From the NCBI GenBank assembly GCA_964452145.1, contig CAYVLA010000003.1, positions 32,001 to 96,000 of the forward strand: 64,000 nt of DNA, read 5' to 3'. Under the pieces are notes generated by a model. It ran no database searches, was not told where the DNA came from, and saw nothing but the letters and a program-made list of their open reading frames with translations. Source of the stretch: Candidatus Hadarchaeota archaeon (GTDB lineage: Archaea > CAYQAE01 > CAYVLA01). Made by a program: the position numbers and the translations under genes. Shown here in pieces: positions 46,904 through 56,248 of this stretch (positions are counted from its first letter, which is position 1; each line of letters opens with the position of its first letter).

Positions 46904-47326
46904 ATGTCTAAGGATACATGGCAGTCAAGCTACGCCTTTCACTACAGGGGGGCGGCCAAGATCCTTGAGGAAGTCCTCGGGCAGATGGGCCTTGCCTTCT
47001 CCCACTCCCAGGTAGAGAACGGGGACGACTTCGATGCAGAGGGCGGTGCCTATACGATCAGGCTATACCACGATAGGTACAGGATGAGGACGGGATTCGG
47101 CTTTCCGGGCTGGCTGAAGCCCGAGGACATCAGCGACATCATGATCTCCCCGATCGACCAGTCCCTCTATCCCAAGATCTCCTCGATGCTGAGCAAGTTC
47201 GTGGACAGATCGCCGGTCAAGCCGTGGGACTTCGGGCTCAAAGTCAAGGCCCACAGCGTTGGCATCGCGGGGAGGACCAGGAAGAGGTGGGAGAAGTATC
47301 TGGGGAAGGCTGGTGTGGGTGTCTGA
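46904..47326 (+). CDS. Hypothetical protein
   Basis: 140-aa ORF, AGGAG upstream, overlaps the start of the ABC ATPase gene. Confidence 0.65.
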   Translation: MSKDTWQSSYAFHYRGAAKILEEVLGQMGLAFSHSQVENGDDFDAEGGAYTIRLYHDRYRMRTGFGFPGWLKPEDISDIMISPIDQSLYPKISSMLSKFVDRSPVKPWDFGLKVKAHSVGIAGRTRKRWEKYLGKAGVGV

Positions 47327-48257
47327 TTCCGAACCGGCGGTTGCTGCCCAGGGCCTTGTGAAGAGATTCCGATGGCTCACTGCCGTGGACGGCCTATCCC
47401 TGGAGGTGAAGCGGGGAGAGGTATTCGGCCTCCTCGGGCCCAACGGGGCTGGAAAGACCACGACCGTCAGGATGATCTGTACCCTCATCCCGCCCAGCTC
47501 GGGTACGGTGACCGTTCTGGGGAGGGACGTTCAGGGGGACCCCATAGGTGTGAGGAGTTGCATAGGCCTCCTGCCCGAGACGCCCTCACTCTACGAGAGC
47601 CTTTCCGCCGAGGAGAACCTGAGGTTCTACTGTGAGATGTACGGTGTATCCAAGGCGGAATCGTCGCAGCGCATAGACGAACTGTTGGGCATTTTCGGCC
47701 TATCGGCTCGCCGGGCCTTTAAGGTCAAGACCTTCTCCAAGGGCATGAAGCAGAAACTGGCCTTGGCCCGCGCCCTCGTGCATGACCCTCCGGTGGTCTT
47801 TTTGGACGAGCCCACTGCCGGCCTCGATCCGGAATCAGCCAAGATGGTCCGCGACAACATCGCCGAGATGAGTCGCGGTGCCGGAAAGACCATTTTCCTC
47901 TGCACCCACAACCTGGTGGAGGCGGAATCGCTTTGTTCCAGGGTCGCCATCATCAAGTCCGGGAAGATAATCAGAATCGGGTCTCCCCGAGAACTCGGAG
48001 GTGAAGGGGGCGAAGCGGTTACGTACGTCTTGGTTCTCAGGAGGGTCGAGACGGCACTGGTGGAGGCCCTTCGCGGTCTGGACTACGTAAGGGGCGCGGA
48101 GGCAAGGGACGGATCGGTCGAGGTCCGCATCGAATCGCCATCCGACAACGCTCCCAGGCTTGTGGAGGCCGTCTTGAACAACGGTGGAGAGATCGTGGAG
48201 TTCCGCCGGGAAGCCAGGACCCTGGAGGACGTATACCTGGAAGCGGTGAGGCCGTGA
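47319..48257 (+). CDS. ABC-2 type exporter ATP-binding protein
   Basis: GPNGAGKTT, FSKGMKQK, FLDEPTAGLDP, TLEDVY. Confidence 0.95.
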   Translation: MSDSEPAVAAQGLVKRFRWLTAVDGLSLEVKRGEVFGLLGPNGAGKTTTVRMICTLIPPSSGTVTVLGRDVQGDPIGVRSCIGLLPETPSLYESLSAEENLRFYCEMYGVSKAESSQRIDELLGIFGLSARRAFKVKTFSKGMKQKLALARALVHDPPVVFLDEPTAGLDPESAKMVRDNIAEMSRGAGKTIFLCTHNLVEAESLCSRVAIIKSGKIIRIGSPRELGGEGGEAVTYVLVLRRVETALVEALRGLDYVRGAEARDGSVEVRIESPSDNAPRLVEAVLNNGGEIVEFRREARTLEDVYLEAVRP

Positions 48258-49003
48258 GAGCACTAGCGATCGCCAGGAAGGACTTCAAGGAGTTGCCTGC
48301 TTACTTCAAGTTCAGCATCTTCCTGCTCCCAGCGGTGCTGGTCTTCATGGTTTCCCTCCTGGTCTTGGCCTCAGGTTCTGAGGAGGCGGCGACCGAGTTG
48401 CCGAATATACCCGATTCAGTCTTTCCCCCGGGCCTCACGGACGTGGAGAAGTCCATCTTCTTCGCCGTCAACTTCATGGCCCCGCCCTTCTTCTTGATGC
48501 TGGCAACCGTGCTCCCAATCACCATCGCGGCCGATGCCTTCGCGGGCGAGCGGGAGAGGAAGACGCTTGAGGCCCTGCTGGTCCTTCCCCTGAGCAGCAA
48601 GGATCTGTTCTTCGGCAAGTGCCTGCTGCCCCTCGCCTACGGCTTCGGGGCATCGCTTTCCGCATTCGCAGTCATCACGGCGATCGTGAAGCTGTCGTTC
48701 CCGTCCGCATCACTGGCGATGCCGAACCCCACTTGGCTGGTGCTCGTCTTCCTGGCCGTCCCGGCGTTCTCGCTTCTCGGCATCCTGGTCGAGCTGATCA
48801 TCTCCACGAGGGTGGACCGAACATACTACGCGATGCAGATGGGTTCCCTGATGATACTGCCCATCATGATACTCGTAGTCGGCGGGGTCACGGGCGTCCT
48901 CATAATGGGCCCCATGCTGCTTCTGGCCCTGTCGGGCGGGATCCTTCTGCTGGACTACGTCCTCATCCAGATCGGGTCCGACTCCCTTTCCAAGGGTCTA
49001 TAG
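48254..49003 (+). CDS. ABC-2 type exporter permease
   Basis: IARKDF, ADAFAGERERKTLEALLVLP, FFGK; multi-TM. Confidence 0.9.
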   Translation: MRALAIARKDFKELPAYFKFSIFLLPAVLVFMVSLLVLASGSEEAATELPNIPDSVFPPGLTDVEKSIFFAVNFMAPPFFLMLATVLPITIAADAFAGERERKTLEALLVLPLSSKDLFFGKCLLPLAYGFGASLSAFAVITAIVKLSFPSASLAMPNPTWLVLVFLAVPAFSLLGILVELIISTRVDRTYYAMQMGSLMILPIMILVVGGVTGVLIMGPMLLLALSGGILLLDYVLIQIGSDSLSKGL

Positions 49004-50137
49004 GTCCCTGTGGAAGGTCGAGATGCTCTCCCCTCTCCTCCTCTTGTCAAGCACGACGTCCTCTATCCTCATGCCGCCTATGCTGGGCTTGGCGATGCCG
49101 GGCTCCACGGTGTGGAGGTAGTTGGAGTAGAGCTTGTCCCTTGACCCCGGTCTTATGAAGGGGGGTTCGTGACATGCGACGCCGATGCCGTGGCCGAGGA
49201 AGGGCGGGAATTCGTATCCACCCCTCCTCACCGCCTGCCGCGCGGCCTCATCCACCCTGTCCGCGTCGACCCCGTCCCGGATGGCCCTGATGGCTGCATC
49301 CTGCCCTGCGAGTAGAAGCTCCCAGACCTTCTTCTGCTCCTCGCTCGGGTTGCCAACGACCCAAGTGCGGGTCAAGTCGCACCAGTATCCGTCGACGCAG
49401 GTGTTCAGCTCTATTAGGACCGCGTCCCCGCCCCGCAGTCTCCTCTGGGACGAGATGTTGTACGGCCTCGGGGCCCTGAGGGAGTTGGGTCCGGACATCA
49501 CGAAGGCGAACGCTCGGGCCGCCGTGGACCTACCCTGATAGCCGAAGCCCTCCTCGTAGATCGTCTTCTCGCACGCTGCTGCGACCTCGGTTTCCCGAAC
49601 TCCTTCCCCGACCCTCTGGTGGGCCGCTTGGAGTCCCTCTCCCGAAAGGTCGGCCGCCAGGCGCATGGCTCGGATCTCAGATGGTGTCTTGACCTTCCTC
49701 AGCTCCAGCACCAGGCCGGTGGCGTCCACGAGCGTGGAACCTTTAAGGCTTCTCTTCAGAAACTGAAGGTGCTGAAAGCCCGCGTGGAAGTTCTCCACGC
49801 CGATCGCGTTGCCGGCAATCATCTCAAACGACCCCTCGTATCCCACCTTGCCCTTCACACCCAGCTCCTTCAACAGAACCGCGGCCTCCTCATAGGGCTG
49901 CCCCGTGTAGATGCGCACGTCCCGGACCCATGCCTTCTCGGTGAACTCCGCCTCATAGTCAGGGGCCAGCAGGATCGGGTCCCCCTGCGCCGGCACGATG
50001 GAGAACGACCAGCCCCTGATCGGCCAGTAGCCAGAGAAGTATAGGACGTTCTCCGAGTTCTTGCATACCAGGTAGTCCAAGCCGTCCTTCTTCATCAGGG
50101 CACGGATTCGTTCAACCTTGGCCTTCTCGAACCTCAT
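48998..50137 (-). CDS. M24B Xaa-Pro aminopeptidase family protein
   Basis: RKVKTPSEI, GYWCDLTRT, GHGIG..CHE, TVEPGI, GMRIED. Confidence 0.9.
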   Translation of the reverse strand: MRFEKAKVERIRALMKKDGLDYLVCKNSENVLYFSGYWPIRGWSFSIVPAQGDPILLAPDYEAEFTEKAWVRDVRIYTGQPYEEAAVLLKELGVKGKVGYEGSFEMIAGNAIGVENFHAGFQHLQFLKRSLKGSTLVDATGLVLELRKVKTPSEIRAMRLAADLSGEGLQAAHQRVGEGVRETEVAAACEKTIYEEGFGYQGRSTAARAFAFVMSGPNSLRAPRPYNISSQRRLRGGDAVLIELNTCVDGYWCDLTRTWVVGNPSEEQKKVWELLLAGQDAAIRAIRDGVDADRVDEAARQAVRRGGYEFPPFLGHGIGVACHEPPFIRPGSRDKLYSNYLHTVEPGIAKPSIGGMRIEDVVLDKRRRGESISTFHRDL

Positions 50138-50198
50138 GACATCGCCGGGGTTACTCGGACCGGGTCATGATATAAATGGAGCGCGAAGGATTCGAGCC

Positions 50199-50399
50199 CT
50201 AGCCTATGTATTCCGGACAGGACCCCCGGCTTTCAAGCTTGGTCAGGCAGGGAGCACAGACGCCTCTGGGGATGTCGAAGCACTTCAAGCAGACCACCCG
50301 ACCACAGCCCATGCACCTCCTCGCGTCCTCGAGGTCAACCGTCTTCCCGCAGATGGCGCATGCGACCCTCTCCAACGCCCTCCCCTTGGGTGCCCACAT
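50199..50399 (-). CDS. Small zinc-finger protein with four CxxC motifs
   Basis: CAIC, CMGC, CLKC, CAPC in 66 aa; GAGGGG before ATG 50399. Confidence 0.75.
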   Translation of the reverse strand: MWAPKGRALERVACAICGKTVDLEDARRCMGCGRVVCLKCFDIPRGVCAPCLTKLESRGSCPEYIG

Positions 50400-50442
50400 A
50401 CCCCTCTTCTTTGCCTCTGCCGTATATAAGCGCAACGGTCGC

Positions 50443-51519
50443 CTAGGCCGGGAACCTGCCGTACTTCCTGACCGCATCGAACATGGCCTGAACGTTTCGC
50501 ACCGGGACGATCTCCTCTATCTCACTGCTTGATCCAAGGACGTATCCGCCTCCCGGCCCGGCCTGGCCGATCCGTTCCACGACCTCCCTGGTCACGTCCT
50601 GCACCGTTCCCAGCGGAAGGGTTGCCGAGCAGTCGATGTTCCCGAAGAGCACGATCCTGTCCCCGATCCTCTCCTTGACTTTGAGGAGATCCATGCCGCA
50701 GAAGGGCTCCAGAGGGTGGATGCCCGCAACCCGAGCAGCCAGGAAGTCGTCTAAGAGGGGCCAGAGATCCCCGTCCGAGTGGAAGACGTACTTGATGTCG
50801 TGCTTCCGAAAAGCCTTCACGATCCTTCTCAGATAGGGGAAGAACAGCTCCCGCAGGAGCCGGGGATGAATGAAAGGCCCATGGTTCGTGGTAATGTCCT
50901 CCCCTCCGAAGATCACCGGGGCTATCTGGTTCTCGGCGCAGATCTTGGCATAGGTCACGTGATCCTCGCCCATGTTCTTCACATCCTTCTTGAGCCGCGC
51001 CCTCTCCGAATAAAGCACCTTTGAGAAAAGCATGAGCCCCAAGGGGCCTTGGGCGTAGTTCGCGATGCCGGGGACCCAGTTGCTGTCGTGGTAGAGATAG
51101 TAGACGGGGTCGAGCTTGTTCTGGGTCTCCCTGTAGTGCTGCAGAGCCCTGTCGGCCCATCGCGCGATCTCCTCTTCGCTGGTCCTCTCCACCGGGTTTT
51201 GGTCAAAATCCTCCAGCGTCTGGATCCTCCGCTTGACCACCCATGTGGTGTAGAAGAACTTCTTGTGAACCCACCCGTTTCGGGATACGACCTCGCCCTC
51301 CGGGGACACCCCTTCGGTGGACATGACGAATCGAAGGGCATCTATGCCAAGATCCAAGCAGGCCTTTCTCCCGGCAAGCATTATGTCTCGGTCATAGAGC
51401 TCTCCGCCGTATCTCCTCAGGAGAGTGCTCGAGGCGATGTTGTCGTGGGTGGCTATCCGGTCCAGTTCTTCGTGCTCCATCGCTTTCAGGAATCTCTCCT
51501 TCGGCTCCACGGAGGTCAC
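50443..51519 (-). CDS. Uroporphyrinogen decarboxylase / MtaA-CmuA family TIM-barrel protein
   Basis: PKERFLKAM, GEDI, FHSDGD, HPLEP, GNID, GGGYVLGSS. Confidence 0.85.
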   Translation of the reverse strand: MTSVEPKERFLKAMEHEELDRIATHDNIASSTLLRRYGGELYDRDIMLAGRKACLDLGIDALRFVMSTEGVSPEGEVVSRNGWVHKKFFYTTWVVKRRIQTLEDFDQNPVERTSEEEIARWADRALQHYRETQNKLDPVYYLYHDSNWVPGIANYAQGPLGLMLFSKVLYSERARLKKDVKNMGEDHVTYAKICAENQIAPVIFGGEDITTNHGPFIHPRLLRELFFPYLRRIVKAFRKHDIKYVFHSDGDLWPLLDDFLAARVAGIHPLEPFCGMDLLKVKERIGDRIVLFGNIDCSATLPLGTVQDVTREVVERIGQAGPGGGYVLGSSSEIEEIVPVRNVQAMFDAVRKYGRFPA

Positions 51520-52490
51520 CTTCCCAGCGGGACGGGCGCCCTCTCCGCGATCGAGCGGCGAACCGCCACGGCCATCCCGACCGCCGCCCTGCCGTCCTGC
51601 CCCGTGATCGAAGGGGACCGGTTCTCGCGGATGCTGGCGATGAACTCGGCGACCTCCTCGGCCACTCCTCCCGGCGGCATCCGATCCTTCCCTATCGTGA
51701 CCTCCTCGGATCCCGCCTTTCTGTACCTTATGGCGCCCGCGCGGTTGTCGTAGAACAGGGTTCCATTCTGACAGATGATCTCGCCCCGGTACTCGCCGAT
51801 CACCGATGAGACGGCTGCTTTGAGGACCCCGACGGCGCCGCCCCTGAATCTGAAGGAAGCAAAAACGGTGTCCTCGAAGTCGACGTAGTCCAAGACCAGT
51901 CTGCCACCGTATGCGAAGGCCTCCTCCGGTTCGCCCAGCACGTGTCTGAGGTAGTCGAACTCGTGGACGTTTACCTCAAGAAGCATACCTCCGCACTGGT
52001 CAACCCTCGTCCTCCAGCCCTGCCTGTATCCCCAACCTCCGATGCGGGTCGTGCTCATGGCCACCGGCCTGCCCAGCTCTTCGCGGACGATCCTCGCCGA
52101 CTCCTTGAAGATGGGTATGAGTCGCAAAACCTGTCCGATCATCAGGTTCACCCCGGCTTCCTCACAGGCGTCGATCATGTCGTCGCAGTCCCTAACAGTC
52201 AGGGCCATGGGCTTCTCGCAGAAGACATGCTTGCTGGCCGCGGCTGCCTTCCTCACGTGTTCGGCGTGGAGGAAGCCCGGGGTGGCCACTATCACTCCTT
52301 CAACGTCGCGCCGGGCAAGCAGCTCATCCATATTCCCGCACATCTGGCCCCCGACTTCCGATGAGACCCCCTTGGCCGCCTCCGGGTTGGAGTCGAAGAC
52401 TGCTACAAGCTTCCCCTCGGTTGATTTGACCATGTTGCGCACCAGGTCAAGGCCCATTCCTCCGCAACCGATCAGTCCGATCCCTGTCAT
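51516..52490 (-). CDS. Gfo/Idh/MocA family oxidoreductase
   Basis: IGLIGCGGMG, ATPGFLH, CEKPMA, GGMLLEVNVHEFD. Confidence 0.9.
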   Translation of the reverse strand: MTGIGLIGCGGMGLDLVRNMVKSTEGKLVAVFDSNPEAAKGVSSEVGGQMCGNMDELLARRDVEGVIVATPGFLHAEHVRKAAAASKHVFCEKPMALTVRDCDDMIDACEEAGVNLMIGQVLRLIPIFKESARIVREELGRPVAMSTTRIGGWGYRQGWRTRVDQCGGMLLEVNVHEFDYLRHVLGEPEEAFAYGGRLVLDYVDFEDTVFASFRFRGGAVGVLKAAVSSVIGEYRGEIICQNGTLFYDNRAGAIRYRKAGSEEVTIGKDRMPPGGVAEEVAEFIASIRENRSPSITGQDGRAAVGMAVAVRRSIAERAPVPLGR

Positions 52491-52494
52491 CCCA

Positions 52495-52845
52495 TCATCC
52501 GTCCTTGGAGGAGCCCCGTTCCACGGCCTTGTCCCACGCATCGACGAGCTTCTCGAAGCTCTCATAGGCCTGTTCACCGATCTGCCTACCCGCCGGGGTC
52601 AGTTCGTACTCGACCCTTACGGGCTTCTCGGGGAAGACCATTCGCCTGACCAGGCCCATGTCCTCCAGCTCCTTGAGCCTGTCGGACAGGGTTCGCGAAC
52701 TGATCCCTGAAAGCATCCTTCGGAGGTGTGAGAACCTCATCTTCCTGTTCGTGTACAGGCAGTACATGATCTCCACATTCCACTTCCTGACGAAGGTGCC
52801 CATCAGCGAACGGAACTCGGCCAGTCTAGCTCTTTCCGCCTCCAT
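52495..52845 (-). CDS. HxlR-family winged-helix transcriptional regulator
   Basis: KWNVEIM, RFSHL, ISSRTLSDRLKELE, PVRVEYELT. Confidence 0.9.
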   Translation of the reverse strand: MEAERARLAEFRSLMGTFVRKWNVEIMYCLYTNRKMRFSHLRRMLSGISSRTLSDRLKELEDMGLVRRMVFPEKPVRVEYELTPAGRQIGEQAYESFEKLVDAWDKAVERGSSKDG

Positions 52846-52894
52846 CCCTTGGCCTCCTTGATTTATCTTCCCACACCTGGTTTCCGGTCACTCA

Positions 52895-52910
52895 ATCACA
52901 TTTAAATGGT
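52895..52910. promoter_or_regulatory. Candidate bidirectional TATA region between hxlR and the 110-aa gene
   Basis: Palindromic CATTTAAATG in a short divergent intergenic spacer. Confidence 0.45.
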
Positions 52911-52955
52911 GCATGTCTTACACCAGCTTCCACATACACACCAAGGTGAATTGGC

Positions 52956-53288
52956 TTGGTTGTTTTCAAAAACCTGGACAAGGACGCCGATGGAAAGATG
53001 GACCACGTCGTGGTCGAGATCCCCAACGACATGGGCACCGGATCGGCCAGGATAAGGGAGGTCAAGCTGGATGGCGTGGCAATCCCCTGCGAGAAGGTCA
53101 CGGTCACCGTGGGGAGCCGCCCGTCCAGGACGCTGGATCCGGCAAGTGAGATCTACTCCGAGTACGGCGACACGATCAAGCTCGAGATCCCGAAGGACGG
53201 GGGTCTGACAAAGGGCGAACACGTCCTCGGCATCACGGCATCCATCGGCTGGCGCGAGCAGCTGGTGAACCTGAAGGGAACGCTCTAG
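52956..53288 (+). CDS. Small cytoplasmic beta-rich hypothetical protein
   Basis: 110 aa with alternating-hydrophobic strands (EVKLDGVAIP, GLTKGEHVLGI); GGTGA upstream. Confidence 0.7.
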   Translation: MVVFKNLDKDADGKMDHVVVEIPNDMGTGSARIREVKLDGVAIPCEKVTVTVGSRPSRTLDPASEIYSEYGDTIKLEIPKDGGLTKGEHVLGITASIGWREQLVNLKGTL

Positions 53289-53437
53289 GATTCCCCCCCC
53301 GGCTCAAGGGCTCCGGCGGGCCAACGCCGATGCGGATCTTCGTGGTCGTCCTAGCCCATCCTTTAGCCTCCCCCGGGACCGATCCTGCAGAAGAATATTC
53401 AAGGAAGAACCCCACCGCGAGGAAGGGAGAAGATCAC

Positions 53438-54688
53438 TTGGAGAAGCTAGCCATCCATGGCGGCAAGCCGGTCAGGACCGGAAGGCTGAACAACAGTCCG
53501 GCCATCGCCCCGCGAGAGAAGGAGCTTGTCATGCAGGTTCTCGACTCTCGCCAGTTCTGCGCCATTGACGGAAGGAAGGTGTCCGAGTTCGAGGAGCGTT
53601 TCGCGGATTACGTGGGCACCGAGCACGCGGTGGCCACCGACACGGGAACATCCGCGCTCCACGTCGCCATGGCTGCCGCGGGCGTGGGGCCGGGATGCGA
53701 GGTCATAGTGCCCGCATACACCTTCATAGCCAGCGCCACGAGCGTTCTCCACAACAACGCCGTGCCGGTCTTCTGCGACATACTGCCGGACACGTTCTGC
53801 ATGGATCCGGAGGACGTCAAGAAGCGGGTGACCGACAGGACCAGGGCCATCATGCCGGTTCACCTCTTCGGCCATCCTGCAGAAATGGACGAGCTGGTCG
53901 AAATTGCTGACGAGCATGACCTCTCAATCATCGAGGATTGCGCCCAGGCCCATGCGGCCGAGTACCGTGGCAGGAAGGTCGGCAGCCTGGGGGATCTAGG
54001 ATGCTTCTCGTTCCAGGAGAGCAAGAACATGACTGCCGGAGAGGGTGGCGTGATCGTGACCGACGACGACGAGCTGGCGGACGCCTGCCGAAGGTTGAGG
54101 CACCACGGAGAAGCATTCGGACCATCAGCCACGAGGACCTACGAGAGCTTCATCATCGGATACAACTTCAGGATGACCGAGCTGGCCGGGGCAGTCCTCC
54201 TGGCCCAGTTGGAGATGCTCGACGAGTTCACGTCAAGGAGGATCAGAAACGGGGAGAGGCTGGTCCGCGAGCTATCGCAGTTCGATTGGATCACTCCTCC
54301 CGCCAGACGACCGTACGCCAAACACGTCTACCACGTCTTCGTTCTTCGGATCGACCAGGCCAAGCTGGGCATGAGCCGCGCCGAACTTCACGCCGCCTAC
54401 ACCGCCGAGGGCCTCTATGCCGGATTCGGCTACTCCCGCCCGCTCTACATGAACCCCATCTTCAGGAACAAGGTTGGCTACGGAGGGAGGGGTTGCCCAT
54501 ACGAATGCCGGTACTACGAAGGGGACGTCAGGTACGGGGAGGGCCTGTGCCCGGTCACCGAGCAGGTGATCAAGGATGCCATGTGGATCGGCGGTGGCTG
54601 GACAATCCACAACATCGACGACTCCGACATCGACGACGTGGTGTACGCCTTCCGGAAGATCGATGAATACGCAGGATCGAAGACGTGA
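53438..54688 (+). CDS. DegT/DnrJ/EryC1/StrS sugar aminotransferase
   Basis: EKLAIHGGKPVR, TGTSAL, EDCAQAH, FSFQESKNMTAGEGG, GYNFRMTE; TTG start at 53438. Confidence 0.92.
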   Translation: MEKLAIHGGKPVRTGRLNNSPAIAPREKELVMQVLDSRQFCAIDGRKVSEFEERFADYVGTEHAVATDTGTSALHVAMAAAGVGPGCEVIVPAYTFIASATSVLHNNAVPVFCDILPDTFCMDPEDVKKRVTDRTRAIMPVHLFGHPAEMDELVEIADEHDLSIIEDCAQAHAAEYRGRKVGSLGDLGCFSFQESKNMTAGEGGVIVTDDDELADACRRLRHHGEAFGPSATRTYESFIIGYNFRMTELAGAVLLAQLEMLDEFTSRRIRNGERLVRELSQFDWITPPARRPYAKHVYHVFVLRIDQAKLGMSRAELHAAYTAEGLYAGFGYSRPLYMNPIFRNKVGYGGRGCPYECRYYEGDVRYGEGLCPVTEQVIKDAMWIGGGWTIHNIDDSDIDDVVYAFRKIDEYAGSKT

Positions 54689-54708
54689 TGCTTGACGACT
54701 TCGCAGCC

Positions 54709-55935
54709 CTAGGCAAGCCTTGTCGATTCCACCTCACGGTAGAGCCGCCTCCTAACCATCACCGTCCACAGGACATAGCCGCAGATCATCAAGGTTCCGC
54801 TCACCGCGGTCCACTCCACTAGGTAGGTCCAGAGAAGCGCCCGGTCCTTCAGGCGCATCGCCTGTACGTTCATCTCGGTGAACGCCTTCGAGATCTGGTT
54901 AAACCTGGCCAGGCTTGACTCGTAGTCTGCTTGCAGGTAGAGACCGTCGGCCTCCCTCTTCATCGCCGATATGCTCGCAAGCTCGAAGAGCAGGGGATCG
55001 GACCGGGCCCCGAACTTCTCCACGAACTCCATCAGGGAGACCGCGAGGCTCCTCTGTGTGGCGTAGGTCAGGAACTCCAAACGGAGGGCATGCATCAGGA
55101 AAAGATCCTGGGGGATCGCGAGCCTGGAAACCAGGAATACCATGTTCAGGACGTAGTCTGGGTAGTACTCCCACCGCGTCATGATCAGTTCCCCCCATGA
55201 CGGCGTCCAGTCAGGCATATGGGCCAGGGACGACCCGCGGCCGGTCTCCCAGTAGGTGAGCACGGGGCTCCATGGATCCCTGTCGCATGCCAGAATGGTG
55301 ACGCTTCCCGCCTTGGCCTCCACAAAGTTCATGCCGGTGAAGCCGGGCATCGTCTGCCAGGGAAGGGATTCTGCGAAGGGATGATCCACAATCTTGGGCA
55401 CGGCCTTGAAGAAGTGGTCGACGATCTTGGGCTCCGTACATGACACGGGTAGGACCTCCCCGACGCTTGTGGGTCCCCATGAGGGATGGCCACTCCACCC
55501 GCCGAAGGATTGTATCCCGCCCGCCATCATGAGGCCCTGCCCCCCTTCAGTGACGCCCTGCCCGAGCCACGAGAGCTGCAGAGGCGTGAAGATGTTGAGG
55601 CTCGGATCGCTCAGTATCACGACATCGTATTTGCCAACATGCTCGGCGTAGTTTCGGGGCATGTAGAGACGCATGAAGCGCTTCAGATCCGCGTCGGAAT
55701 AGGTGAGTTCGTGGGTCGATGCGGGGATGGGCGTGCACCTGAAGGCGGGCTCGGTTTGCATCTGGATGAAGGGGGTTCGGCCCCAGCAGTCCCCGATGTA
55801 CACCAGCCTTGTCATCCCGGTCTCCGGGTCGCGGTTCGGCGGATTGGCGCCGCCAGACACAGCAAGGGTGAGGACTCCGATGATGCATATGCAGACCCGG
55901 ATGGAGAGGGACAGATCGCACCGCCTCACGCCCAT
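54709..55935 (-). CDS. Membrane-anchored extracellular protein with GATase1-like (DUF1355-type) domain
   Basis: Signal peptide, YDVVILSD, GGQGLMMAGGIQSFGG, EVLPV, GRGSSL, helical stalk, C-terminal TM + RRRLYR. Confidence 0.7.
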   Translation of the reverse strand: MGVRRCDLSLSIRVCICIIGVLTLAVSGGANPPNRDPETGMTRLVYIGDCWGRTPFIQMQTEPAFRCTPIPASTHELTYSDADLKRFMRLYMPRNYAEHVGKYDVVILSDPSLNIFTPLQLSWLGQGVTEGGQGLMMAGGIQSFGGWSGHPSWGPTSVGEVLPVSCTEPKIVDHFFKAVPKIVDHPFAESLPWQTMPGFTGMNFVEAKAGSVTILACDRDPWSPVLTYWETGRGSSLAHMPDWTPSWGELIMTRWEYYPDYVLNMVFLVSRLAIPQDLFLMHALRLEFLTYATQRSLAVSLMEFVEKFGARSDPLLFELASISAMKREADGLYLQADYESSLARFNQISKAFTEMNVQAMRLKDRALLWTYLVEWTAVSGTLMICGYVLWTVMVRRRLYREVESTRLA

Positions 55936-56248
55936 AGGGCGACGGTTGGCACTTAAGTATTCCTGCGGGCAGCCATCGATGCTGCGTCGTGCATCTTCCT
56001 GCTTCTGCCTGAAAGGATGAGGACCCAGGCGGGGACGCTCCATCCCGCTTTTCAAAGGGAATGGTTCTTGCATCCAAACAAGGGCTGTCTCACTTCCCGA
56101 GTAGTTCCGTGACGAAGCTCGTTGGTCCGACTACGCGGAATCGGGCGCCATATGCTCGGATGCTGTGTGGGGCGATGGGGATTGCCTGACCCTGACATCT
56201 AACCAAAAAACTGAAAAGGCTGGTTCTCCCAGCCAGGCCGGTGATATC

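Noticed and set aside
44862..47326. RiPP biosynthetic cluster interpretation of the radical SAM + ABC locus
   Set aside because: No SPASM cysteines, RRE domain or short precursor peptide; the enzyme looks like the B12-domain lipid-modifying type.
50443..51519. True uroporphyrinogen decarboxylase (hemE)
   Set aside because: Lacks the RQAGR motif and has no heme-pathway context; kept at family level.
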